Assembly: GCA_963741955.1 (NCBI GenBank)
Contig: CAVUKB010000004.1
Location: forward strand, 1-64,000
Origin: an uncultured Acidobacteriota bacterium
GTDB taxonomy: Bacteria > Acidobacteriota > Thermoanaerobaculia > Gp7-AA8
Reading direction: 5' to 3'
Length of the DNA: 64,000 nt
Shown piece after piece: positions 54,842 to 64,000 of the stretch (positions are counted from its first letter, which is position 1; the number at the start of each line of letters is the position of its first letter). The notes beneath the pieces were generated by a model. The model searched no databases, was not told where the DNA came from, and saw nothing but the letters and a program-made list of their open reading frames with translations. Position numbers and translations under genes: made by a program.

Positions 54842-55528
54842 TCACCGCGACGCCGCCAGCTGCACGGGTTCAGCCCGGTAGTGCTGCGGGTAGAGGCGCT
54901 TCAGCGCTTCGATCTTCGGCAGATCGTTGATCACGATGTACGGCTGACGCGGGTGTTTGATCAGGTAATCCTGGTGGTAATCTTCGGCGGGGAAGAAGCC
55001 GTCCAGCGGTTCGATCTTCGTCACGATCGGTGATGTGAAGATCTTCTCTTTCGTGAGCTGAGCGATGTAGGCGCGGGCCACCCGCTCCTGGCTTGGCGTG
55101 GCGAAGAAGATCTCCGATCGATAGCTCGGTCCCACATCCGGCCCCTGACGGTTGAGCTGCGTGGGGTCGTGCGCGACCGAGAAGAAGATGCGCAGCAACT
55201 CGCCGTACGAGATCGTCTTCGGGTCGAACGTGATCTCTACCGACTCCGCGTGACCAGTGCTTTCGGTCGACACCGCGTCGTAATGGGCCGTGGTGCTGTT
55301 GCCTCCGGAGAAGCCGGACACGACCCGTGTCACGCCCGCCACATGCTCGAACACTCCCTGCATGCCCCAGAAACAGCCGCCGGCCAGCACCGCGACCTGC
55401 GGCCCGGTCGCCTCAGCGGCAGGAATGTCGACCTGAGGAGCGGGGATCTCTCTCTTCGCACCGTCGGCGCTGGCGCTGCAGCCGACGAAGAGAGCGGCAA
55501 GGGCGAGAGTGGCGATCGATCGTTTCAT
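54842..55528 (-). CDS. msrA: Peptide-methionine (S)-S-oxide reductase, exported
   Basis: AGGCFWG, TGHAESV, HDPTQLNRQGPD, AEDYHQDY. Confidence 0.95.
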   Translation of the reverse strand: MKRSIATLALAALFVGCSASADGAKREIPAPQVDIPAAEATGPQVAVLAGGCFWGMQGVFEHVAGVTRVVSGFSGGNSTTAHYDAVSTESTGHAESVEITFDPKTISYGELLRIFFSVAHDPTQLNRQGPDVGPSYRSEIFFATPSQERVARAYIAQLTKEKIFTSPIVTKIEPLDGFFPAEDYHQDYLIKHPRQPYIVINDLPKIEALKRLYPQHYRAEPVQLAASR

Positions 55529-55709
55529 ACTCAATCGAAAACTCCGGCGATGTCAGGAGATTCCCGGGGCGACGCGGAATTACCGCAGAGGAGCCGAGAT
55601 CACGAAGAGGGCTCTGCGTCACCTCTGCGGTGCATAACCGCCACCGGGAGCGGAACCTGTCTCGCGGTGGACGGATCGTCAAACCATGCGACTCGATCAC
55701 CATGCCGCC

Positions 55710-56201
55710 TCATCGACGTTCCGGGGCGGCGGCAGTGACCGCGCTCCGCCGCAACAGAATGACGACGATGATGATCGCCGTCGGGAGGAGGACCGCAAGC
55801 GCGACGACCAGTGCGGCCGGCGCGATCGCGAGATTCGCCTGATCGACGAGAGGCCAGCGGCCGATCGCGACGACGGCCGCGACAGTGGCCCACAGCGTCG
55901 TCTCGAGGGCGTTGAGTCGTTCGCCGCCACGGACGTGAAATCCAGTCGCCATCAGCACGTTCGTGGCGAGGCCGATCGCCGCGAGCGGCGTGAGCCACGG
56001 CAGGACATTGGTGGCCATCGGAAGGACGAGACCTGCCGATCCGAGGAGCTCGGCGACGCCGATCGAGAGGACGAGCGGCCGCGGTACGCTCGAGAAACCG
56101 GTCCACTGCTCGAGCCCGCGGCCCGTGATCTTCGGAATGCCGGCACCGAGGAATAGCAGCGCGAGAAAGATCTGCACGAACCACAGAACGACGTTCACCA
56201 T
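55710..56201 (-). CDS. DoxX family membrane protein
   Basis: LWFVQIFLALLFLGAGIPK..IGVAELLGSAGLVLP..LAAIGL. Confidence 0.85.
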   Translation of the reverse strand: MVNVVLWFVQIFLALLFLGAGIPKITGRGLEQWTGFSSVPRPLVLSIGVAELLGSAGLVLPMATNVLPWLTPLAAIGLATNVLMATGFHVRGGERLNALETTLWATVAAVVAIGRWPLVDQANLAIAPAALVVALAVLLPTAIIIVVILLRRSAVTAAAPERR

Positions 56202-56259
56202 TGCGGAGCTCCTGAAGTCGATGACGCGAGAATGTGTCCAAAGAGGGCCGCCAGGTGGA

Positions 56260-56892
56260 TCATGGAGTGCTCCTCTCCATGCCCGCCATGCCGACGATCG
56301 CGCGTACGTGCCGATTGTCCTCGAGCTCATCGAGAAGGAAGTGCGCGACATCGGCCCGGCTCACCACGAGCGTTCCCGCCGGCATGCGCCCGTCATCGAC
56401 TCGGTAGCGCGTCGTGAGCGCACCGTTCGTCAGCCGCGGCGGCCGGACGATCGTCCAATCGAGATCGCTCGCCGCGACGGTGCGCTCCATCGCGGCGGCG
56501 TCGACGGCGATGTTCCGCAACAGCGTGCGCCGCAGAATCGCGGCAGTGAATCCGATGTGACGGAACAGAACGGCCACAGAGACGAGCAGGAGACGACTCA
56601 CCGATGCGCTCTGCATCGCTTTGACCGTCACCGTTGCGGCATCGCCGAGGATCGTCGTGCGGCCGGGTCCGGGGGCGCCGAGAGCGGAGAGTACCGCGTC
56701 GTGCCCGGGCATGGCATCGCGCAGTTCGTCGAAGTTGAGCGGATCGCCGCGAACGATCGTGAGCGCACCGTCCGATCCGCGGAGTTTCTCGGGCGCTCGC
56801 ACGAAGGCCGTGGCGTGGTGGCCGCGCCTCAGCGCCTGATCGACGAGACCGCGGCCGGTTCCGCCGGTCGCGCCAAGAATGAGAATTCGCAT
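56260..56892 (-). CDS. NAD(P)H-binding oxidoreductase (BVR-B/atypical SDR)
   Basis: ILGATGGTG, DWTIVRPPRL, SRADVA. Confidence 0.9.
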   Translation of the reverse strand: MRILILGATGGTGRGLVDQALRRGHHATAFVRAPEKLRGSDGALTIVRGDPLNFDELRDAMPGHDAVLSALGAPGPGRTTILGDAATVTVKAMQSASVSRLLLVSVAVLFRHIGFTAAILRRTLLRNIAVDAAAMERTVAASDLDWTIVRPPRLTNGALTTRYRVDDGRMPAGTLVVSRADVAHFLLDELEDNRHVRAIVGMAGMERSTP

Positions 56893-56946
56893 CGAAGTCT
56901 TCCTCCGCAGAGAAGACCAGGCAGGCGCTTCGGTTGTGACACCGCC

Positions 56947-57822
56947 TTACGACGGCGCAGGGGGCAAGCCGGGCAGATGAGCGAGTTTGTCGGGATTCGT
57001 GATCGCGTAGACGGCGGCAATGCGCCCGTGGCGAACCTGGATCGTGAACACGCCGAAGGGCCGGCCCTGCGCATACGTGACGATCGCCGTCTCGCCGTTG
57101 ATCTGAACCATCTCACGGACGAGATCCTGCGGCGTCTGACGGGCGATGCCGCCGACGATCGCCCGCGCCGCCTTGTCGGCTCCATGAACCAGATTGGGGA
57201 GGGCCGGCGCCTTGCCGCCGCCGTCGGTGTGGAGCACGACGTCGTCAGTGAGCAGCGCTGCCAGCGAACCGACGTCGCCGCTGAGCGCCGCGTCGTGGAA
57301 TCGCTGCAGGAGCGTATCGTGCTCCTCCGGCGTCGCCCGGAAGCGCGGCCGTTCGGCGCGAATGTGCTGTCGTGCGCGCCGGAGAATCTGACGGCAGTTC
57401 GCCTCGGTCACGCCGAGGGCCGACGCGATCTCGCCGTATTCGTAATCAAAGACTTCGCGCAGGAGAAAGACCGCGCGCTCCGTCGGATTCAATCGTTCCA
57501 GCAAGACCAGAAAGGCGATCGACAGTGTGTCGTCGCCGTCGGGAGAGGGCGCGATGAAGGGCTCAGGCAACCATTGCCCCACGTACTCTTCGCGACGCAC
57601 GCGCGCGGACTGCAGATGATTGATCGAGAGGCGAGTGATGATGGTGATGAGGAATGCTTTCGGCGAACGAATACCCTCCCGTTCCGCCTGCAGCCACCGG
57701 ATGAACGTCTCCTGCAGGATGTCCTCCGCGTCCGCCACGCTGCCCAGCATCCGGTAGGCGATGGAGAACAACAGACCGCGATGGGTATCGAACTCGCTGA
57801 GCCGTTTTTGATCTTCAGACAT
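56947..57822 (-). CDS. ECF sigma factor, ECF41/SigJ type with SnoaL-like extension
   Basis: AYRMLGSVADAEDILQE, YVGQWLPEP, DGGGK, NPDKL. Confidence 0.92.
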   Translation of the reverse strand: MSEDQKRLSEFDTHRGLLFSIAYRMLGSVADAEDILQETFIRWLQAEREGIRSPKAFLITIITRLSINHLQSARVRREEYVGQWLPEPFIAPSPDGDDTLSIAFLVLLERLNPTERAVFLLREVFDYEYGEIASALGVTEANCRQILRRARQHIRAERPRFRATPEEHDTLLQRFHDAALSGDVGSLAALLTDDVVLHTDGGGKAPALPNLVHGADKAARAIVGGIARQTPQDLVREMVQINGETAIVTYAQGRPFGVFTIQVRHGRIAAVYAITNPDKLAHLPGLPPAPS

Positions 57823-58008
57823 TCATCTCAGAGACCGGATGCGGGGCGATTTTGTGACGGGTCACAGAATCGGCGGCCGCACCGATGCCGGCGAGCCTCA
57901 ACAATACGAGGAGCGCGCATCGCGGAAAGCCGGCGCCGATCATGAGCCGCAGAACACCCTCGAGCCCGGTGTCTTCGGACCACGATCGACGCACCCCAGT
58001 GCCGGCCG

Positions 58009-58434
58009 TCAGTGCGAAAGAAGCTCGTCCGGCACCTTACCTCCGTGCTCCGACAGCTTCCGCATGACTTCCTTGTGGAGCCAGATGTTCATCGACGCGG
58101 AGTCGTTCGTGTCGCCGGTGTAATGGAGATCCGCGGCGAGAGCCTTTCGCGCCGAAAGAGTGCTTTCCATTCCGACCAGCTTCATCAGGTCGACGATGGA
58201 ATGTCTCCAGTCGAGCTTCTCCGAGCTCTTCGCCGCCAGACCGTCGAGCACCGCTGCGACATCTACCGCCGGAGAAGGAGCCACCCCAGCCGGCGATGCC
58301 GTACCCGCGGCGGCCGCGGCAACCTGAACCCTGGACTTCGGCACGGAACCATCCGGAGCCGCCGCGTCCGCCGGACGCGGTGCGGCTGCCGCCGCGTGGA
58401 AGACCTTGTTCACCAAATCGCCGAACATACCCAT
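58009..58434 (-). CDS. DUF3597 domain protein
   Basis: KLDWRHSIVDLMKL..DSASMNIWLHKEV..GGKVP. Confidence 0.88.
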   Translation of the reverse strand: MGMFGDLVNKVFHAAAAAPRPADAAAPDGSVPKSRVQVAAAAAGTASPAGVAPSPAVDVAAVLDGLAAKSSEKLDWRHSIVDLMKLVGMESTLSARKALAADLHYTGDTNDSASMNIWLHKEVMRKLSEHGGKVPDELLSH

Positions 58435-58777
58435 GATTTCCTCCTGATCATCTCTGTGGAACTGCGAGCGGCGTCTCGAACGTCGAGCGGCGCGATCACT
58501 CCTCCGCTCCCAAAGGCAGATTCGCCCCGCCTTGACGAATCTTTTCTGACGCTCGTGCCCTCACCAAGTATAGGTCGGAATCATGCAGCGGGTGCGACCA
58601 CCGATCCGATTGCACGCATGAGTCGGCTCCCACCGAGGTCAGCTGCACTGTCGCGATACGAACGGCGCAAGCAGGCGACCATTGCCAGCGATCGACATCC
58701 GGACCATGAGTTCAAATGGGAGTAGACTCATTTCGACGTCTGCGAAGGATCGCTGGCGAACCACAGGAGGAACGCGC

Positions 58778-59113
58778 ATGGCAGGAACATTCGTGATCGA
58801 GGTAGGAAAGACGGGCAGGTACCGATTCAACCTGAAAGCGGGAAACAGTCAGATCATTCTCTCCAGCGAGCAGTACGAGTCGAAAGCCGCTGCGAAGGAC
58901 GGGATCGAGGCGGTGCGGAAGAACGCGGCCGACGACGGCAGCTTCGTGAGAAAAGCCGCGAAGGACGGTAGCGCCTACTTCGTGATCAAGGCGCGGAATG
59001 GCGAGATTCTCGGGAAGAACGAGATGTACTCCTCGAAGTCCGGGATGGAGAACGGCATCAAGTCGGTGGCGACGAACGCGCCGACGGCGAAGGTCGTCGA
59101 TCGTTCGAGTTAG
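58778..59113 (+). CDS. yegP: YegP family protein (tandem DUF1508)
   Basis: YRFNLKAGNSQIILSSEQY..GIEAVR repeated twice; RBS AGGAGG. Confidence 0.88.
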   Translation: MAGTFVIEVGKTGRYRFNLKAGNSQIILSSEQYESKAAAKDGIEAVRKNAADDGSFVRKAAKDGSAYFVIKARNGEILGKNEMYSSKSGMENGIKSVATNAPTAKVVDRSS

Positions 59114-59164
59114 CCACGACTTTTCCTGGCGGGAGTGCGGCGCGGAGGGTCACGTCTGCGGAAC

Positions 59165-60612
59165 GAAGCGTCTCCTGTCTCCGGCGGTCACGCCGCGTGC
59201 GGGAGCTCGTTCGCGCGGTTGCGCCGGCATCGCAGGCACGCGGCGCGCCCGCCGGGATTTGCGTGAAGGAGAGACGCGTTTGTTTTTCGTCCGCGCGAAC
59301 CCTGGGTTCGGGGCTGGCCCGCATTTCTCACATCGTCTCTGCTGCGGAGACGGATAGCGGCCCGCCTGCTACGTTGCGCACAGCTTCGGCTCCTCAACAT
59401 AGTCGCCACTATGCCTTCGTCGCCGAAACTGCGCGCGCCTTGCATCCAAGCCACTCTCCGCCTCCTCGCGACGAGACGGTGTGAAAAATACGGGCTATTG
59501 TCAATCGTGCCTACGGCACTGGAGGCTGCGCGAGTGAGAGTGAGTCGCGCCTGGTGGGGGAGAACTGCACGTGTTTCGCGAATTGCGACGAGGCGATTCG
59601 GCACGATTTCTGAATTCGGGTTTCGGTGTCGCCCCTCACCCTGACCCTCTCCCCGAATGGGGATGTCGGCTGAAGTTCGTGAATACGGACGGGGAGAGGG
59701 GACCGCCCCCCGACCCGGCGAGTGTGTGAGCATCCCACGGTCGTTCGGATCTCGCTGCCTCCGGCGGTCACGCCGCGTGCGGGAGCTCGTTCGTGCGGTG
59801 GCGCCGGCATCGCAGGCACGCGGCGCGCCCGCCGGGATTTGCGTGAAGGAGAGACGCGTTTGTTTTTCGTGCGCCCGAACCCTGGGTTCCGGCGCTTCGC
59901 GCCTTCACCCGGGGCCAGGAGTCTGCGCGATAGAAACGTCCGTAGCGAGAAAGCGGAGCAACGAGGCCAAATTCGTTCGGATTTGAGGTGCGTAGCGGTG
60001 GCTACTCGCCGAAAATCCGGGCGGATTTGGACCGTTGATCCGCTTTCGCAGTAGGACAGTTTCTACCGCGCAGACTCCTGGCCCGCATTTCTCACATCGT
60101 CTCTGCTGCGGAGACGGATAGCGGCCCGCCTGCTACGTTGCGCACAGCTTCGGCTCCTCAACATAGTCGCCACTATGCCTTCGTCGCCGAAGCTGCGCGC
60201 GCCTTGCATCCAAGCCACTCTCCGCCTCCTCGCGACGAGACGGTGTGAGAAATGCCTGCTTTGTCATTCGTGCCTACGGCACTGGGGGCTGCGCGAGTGA
60301 GAGTGAGTCGCGCCTGGTGGGCGAGAACTGCACGTGTTTCGCGAATTGCGACGAGGCGATTCTGCACGATTTCCGAATTCGGGTTTCGGTGTCGCCCCTC
60401 ACCCTGACCCTCTCCCCGAATGGGGATGTCGGCTGAAGTTCGTGAATACGGACGGGGAGAGGGGACCGCCCCCCGACCCGGCGAGTGTGTGAGCATCCCA
60501 CGGTCGTTCGGATCTCGCTGCCTCCGGCGGTCACGCCGCGTGCGGGAGCTCGTTCGCGCGGTGGCGCCGGCATCGCAGGCACGCGGCGCGCCCGCCGGGA
60601 TTTGCGTGAAGG
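59165..60612. repeat. Composite REP/MITE array (MITE D twice, MITE F at 59917-60079, CCCTCACCC palindrome twice)
   Basis: 59313-59850 is repeated at 60078-60610. Confidence 0.85.
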
Positions 60613-60653
60613 GAGCGGAGCGCGCGATCGGCGTCAAAGTGCAGCCGTGACCC

Positions 60654-60995
60654 TCACGTTCCTCCGCACAACGTCACGGTGCGGTACGCGGTGCGCCGCG
60701 TCGCGGGATCGTACTTTCCCTGACGGTAGGCGACGAGGCGTCCCTCATGAAATGTCAGGTCGAGCAGCTCGAGCTCCTTCGCGTTCTTCGACGGTTGACG
60801 GCTCTCGCGCGTCAGCCACTTCGCATCCGCGTCGCCGTATCCGAGCCGATGCGCGAGAGCAGTCACTTCCTCCCGCGTCATGCCGCATCGGAGCGAGCCG
60901 GCGAACGAGGCCTTCTGCGGCTCGGTCCGATTGCACCCGGTCGCGAGAAGGATGGCGCAGAGAGTCGCGGCGAGAAATCTCATCGCATTCATCAT
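60654..60995 (-). CDS. Small hypothetical lipoprotein
   Basis: Lipobox LATGC after a hydrophobic stretch. Confidence 0.6.
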   Translation of the reverse strand: MMNAMRFLAATLCAILLATGCNRTEPQKASFAGSLRCGMTREEVTALAHRLGYGDADAKWLTRESRQPSKNAKELELLDLTFHEGRLVAYRQGKYDPATRRTAYRTVTLCGGT

Positions 60996-61206
60996 CGTCT
61001 CTTTTCGAGGACGAGTGTGATTCTTTTCGATGACAGTATGACCTGACCCCCACATGACGAAATTGTCATTCACCCAAGCGCTGAAACGCGAAACCCGCGT
61101 TCGCACGGGCCGTCCTATTCGTAACGGGTCCGCAGGAAGGTCCGTTCGATTCAGTCGATGCGTGGCCGACTCTTTGCACATCGTCGACGACGGCAGAAGG
61201 CAGGCT

Positions 61207-61707
61207 ATGGACTCAGTGAAGCGCCCGTTACTCGTCTCGCTCCTCTCGTTGTTGCTCGCAGTGTCCGCGTTTGCTGCGCCGCCCGCGGCCAGCGCCACCG
61301 CACCCGACTTCACCCTCCCTTCGACCTCGGGTACTGTCTCGCTCCACGAACTGCGCGGCAAGGTGGTTCTGGTCGACTTCTGGGCCTCGTGGTGTGCACC
61401 GTGCCGCGCATCGTTTCCCTGGATGAGCGGCATGCTCCAGAAGTACGGCTCGAAAGGTCTCGCGATCGTTGCGGTCAACCTCGACAAGAGCCGCGACCAC
61501 GCAGATGACTTTCTCGACAGGTTCCCCGCGCCATTCCGAATCGCATTCGATCCCGCGGGGCGGACCGCCGAGGCGTTTCACGTCGAGGCGATGCCGTCGA
61601 GCTTCATCATCGGCAGGTCGGGAACCATTCTCTACGAGCACCAGGGATTTCAGCCGGGACAGACTGCCGCGGTCGAAGACCGCATCAAGGAGGCACTCGC
61701 GCAATGA
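61207..61707 (+). CDS. TlpA/ResA-like thioredoxin
   Basis: Signal peptide; VDFWASWCAPC. Confidence 0.92.
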   Translation: MDSVKRPLLVSLLSLLLAVSAFAAPPAASATAPDFTLPSTSGTVSLHELRGKVVLVDFWASWCAPCRASFPWMSGMLQKYGSKGLAIVAVNLDKSRDHADDFLDRFPAPFRIAFDPAGRTAEAFHVEAMPSSFIIGRSGTILYEHQGFQPGQTAAVEDRIKEALAQ

Positions 61708-61931
61708 CGGAAACCGTTCGGAAGCTCCTCCTCTCGTTTCTCGCCCTTCTCCTCTTCGCCATCGCCGGATGTACGACCGTTCAGCCATGGGATCGCGACC
61801 TTCTCGCGGAAAAGAGCATGAGCTTCGATCCGCACGCGATGCTTCGAAGCGTCGACGATCACATCTACTTCAGTAAGGAAGGCTCGACCGGCGGCAACAG
61901 CGTGGGAGGAGGAGGCTGCGGATGCAACTAG
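61704..61931 (+). CDS. DUF4266 lipoprotein
   Basis: GC.TVQPWDR..SKEGS.GG...GGGGCGCN. Confidence 0.9.
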   Translation: MTETVRKLLLSFLALLLFAIAGCTTVQPWDRDLLAEKSMSFDPHAMLRSVDDHIYFSKEGSTGGNSVGGGGCGCN

Positions 61932-63169
61932 AGGCGAAGCGGCCGAAGATCCGTGACGTTCTCCACACCGCAGCGCTCGCGCTCCTGATCGTTCCGACCG
62001 CCGCGAAGGCACAGTCCGACCCGGGTGACCGCATCGACTTCACCTCTCTGCTTTACGGCGAACAGGGGAGAACCCAGGTCGTCGAGCCGCTGGTCCGCTT
62101 CACCCACTTCATGGATGGCGGCCAATCACTCTTCGCCGAGCTCGGCGTCGACGTGATCACCGGTGCATCGCCGACCGGCGCCGTTCCTTCCGGGCAGATC
62201 CAGACGCACACCAGCCCGTCCGGTCGCGTGATCACGTCGCCGGCCGGCCAGATCCCGACTTCTCCCTTCAGTGACCGCCGCTTCGGGCTCGACCTCGGGT
62301 GGCAGAAGCCGTGGGGACGCTTCGTCACTTCCAACCTCGGTGGGCACTTCTCGAGAGAGAAGGACTACCAGTCCCTCGGGATCAACGGAAAGATCTCTAC
62401 CGACGTCTGGCGACGTCTCTTCACGGTGACCGTCGGAGGCGGAATCAATCGCGACACCGTCTTCCCGATCGGCGGAACGGTGGAAGGACTCTCGCCGGGT
62501 CTGGTGATCAGTCACGACAAGAATCGGAAGAACGTCAGCGACGTCCTCTTCGGTGTCTCGCACATCATGAGCCGCCGATGGATGCTGGGAGTGGATGCAT
62601 CACGCACGTGGGAGAACGGGTATCTGACCGAGCCCTACAAAGTGCTGAGCGTGATGAATCAGAGCGGGGTGCCGGTCTCGCAACTCAACGAAGCGCGTCC
62701 ATCGACACGCGATCGCTCGTCGCTCCTGTTCAGCTCCGTCTACCATTTCACGAACGACATCCTCTACAGCTCGTATCGCTACTACTGGGACAACTGGGAC
62801 CTCCGGTCCCACACACTCGACCTGAAGTATCGTCATCCAATCAGTGACGACACTTACATCGAACCGCTGTTTCGCTATTACACGCAGAGTGCCGCGAGCT
62901 TCTACACCGCCGGTCTGGTCCAGGGGGCGCCGCTTCCGCAGTTCGCGAGCGCCGACTACCGGCTCGGTGACCTTCAAACCATCACCATTGGAGCCACGAT
63001 CGGCTATCACCCCGAGGAGAGTCCGGGGGAATGGACGCTACGGGCGCAATACATACAGTACGCGGGCAACAGCTCGCCGCCGGGCGCGATCGGGATCCAG
63101 GAGAATTTCGACCTGGTACCTCCCGTCAACACGTATGCGTTCTCAATCGGCTATTCGTTCAACTACTGA
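61922..63169 (+). CDS. DUF3570 outer-membrane protein
   Basis: DVITGASP.GA, SREKDYQS, GYLTEPYK, YRYYWDNW, SADYRL; conserved neighbourhood. Confidence 0.88.
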   Translation: MQLEAKRPKIRDVLHTAALALLIVPTAAKAQSDPGDRIDFTSLLYGEQGRTQVVEPLVRFTHFMDGGQSLFAELGVDVITGASPTGAVPSGQIQTHTSPSGRVITSPAGQIPTSPFSDRRFGLDLGWQKPWGRFVTSNLGGHFSREKDYQSLGINGKISTDVWRRLFTVTVGGGINRDTVFPIGGTVEGLSPGLVISHDKNRKNVSDVLFGVSHIMSRRWMLGVDASRTWENGYLTEPYKVLSVMNQSGVPVSQLNEARPSTRDRSSLLFSSVYHFTNDILYSSYRYYWDNWDLRSHTLDLKYRHPISDDTYIEPLFRYYTQSAASFYTAGLVQGAPLPQFASADYRLGDLQTITIGATIGYHPEESPGEWTLRAQYIQYAGNSSPPGAIGIQENFDLVPPVNTYAFSIGYSFNY

Positions 63170-63245
63170 GACGTCATTCGCCCTTCCCGTCGTCTGCATA
63201 CGGCGGGAAGGGCGTCGGTCATTTTGGCGATGAGGCGCCGAGATC

Positions 63246-64000
63246 ATGACGATGACACACGCGATCGACGTCGATACGAGAGTGAAACGGGTCGACGACT
63301 ATTACACCGGGACGTTCGAGGCGATGGCGAGTCCCTGCAGCGTCCTGACGGACACCGACGACCGGGAGGAGGCGGCGGCCCTCCTGGAGATCGCGGAGGG
63401 AGAGGCGAAACGCATCGAACAGAAGTTCAGCCGGTACCGGGGGGATAATCTCGTCCACGCGATCAACCACGCGAATGGACGGGCGGTCGAAGTGGATGAA
63501 GAGACGGCGCTCCTGATCGATTACGCGGCGACGTGCTGGACGACGTCGGACGGCAAGTTCGACCTCACGTCGGGGGTTTTGCGACGGGTCTGGAAATTCG
63601 ACGGCGGCACACGGGTCCCGAGCCGTCACGCGGTGAAAGAGTGCCTCCGTGACGTCGGATGGTCGCGCGTAACGTGGGCTCCGCCGGTTCTCACCCTTCC
63701 CGCCGGGATGGAGATCGACTTCGGCGGCATTGGAAAGGAGTATGCGGTCGATCGCGCCGCGGCGCTCATGGCATCCCGCACGAAGAGCTCGTTCCTCGTG
63801 AACTTCGGAGGGGATCTTTACGCTTCGGGGCTGCGGCGCAGAGGACGGAGCTGGGGCGTCGGCCTCGACGATCCCGGCCGCACCGGGCACGCCGCGCTCG
63901 GCCGGTTCGACATTTCCGCCGGCGGAATCGCCACCAGTGGGGATGCCCACCGATTCGTCCGTTACAGGGGAAAGCGCCTGGGGCACATTCTCGACCCGCA
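63246..64000 (+). CDS. apbE: FAD:protein FMN transferase (runs off the window end)
   Basis: FEAMASPC, KFSRY, GKFDLTSG, IDFGGIGKEYAVD, NFGGD, IATSGD, GHILDP. Confidence 0.92.
   Translation, partial: MTMTHAIDVDTRVKRVDDYYTGTFEAMASPCSVLTDTDDREEAAALLEIAEGEAKRIEQKFSRYRGDNLVHAINHANGRAVEVDEETALLIDYAATCWTTSDGKFDLTSGVLRRVWKFDGGTRVPSRHAVKECLRDVGWSRVTWAPPVLTLPAGMEIDFGGIGKEYAVDRAAALMASRTKSSFLVNFGGDLYASGLRRRGRSWGVGLDDPGRTGHAALGRFDISAGGIATSGDAHRFVRYRGKRLGHILDP

Noticed and set aside
55963-57945. 660-aa plus-strand ORF
   Set aside because: Antisense to three well-supported minus-strand genes

Overview
This is a GC-rich bacterial window; the protein style suggests Acidobacteriota, possibly Thermoanaerobaculia (inference only). 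It opens in the 3' half of a tRNA-Ala(CGC), followed by about 42 kb of accessory DNA in three parts. (i) A decaying defence island: SNF2 helicase-DUF3883, a HigBA-like toxin-antitoxin pair plus DUF3467, an OLD-like ATPase cut by a tandem ISL3 dimer, and GmrSD-RAMA. (ii) A polymorphic-toxin island bracketed by two related RAYT (Y1 HUH) elements: a YD-less mini-Rhs with SUKH immunity, a papain-like protease pair, one full Rhs split by ISL3, and two orphan Rhs-CT/immunity cassettes. (iii) A Fic gene and an HsdR remnant. From about 43 kb the DNA looks more like core genome: a YfcC/IclR/TonB-receptor/ArgE/C39 locus, a phosphatase-TPR gene, msrA, an ECF41 cluster, yegP and TlpA-DUF4266-DUF3570-apbE, interspersed with composite REP/MITE arrays. 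There are four complete and nearly identical 1584-bp ISL3 copies plus one IR-less fragment. The most striking signal is an intact four-helix-bundle (IVP/Avd-like) gene with its own RBS nested out of frame inside the uninterrupted helicase ORF. It is enclosed by complementary arms built from 7-nt repeats, and in every arm the unit that falls in the helicase frame avoids a stop codon. An empty hairpin of the same design lies about 400 nt downstream in the same gene. All family assignments come from motif recognition by eye; no searches were run.
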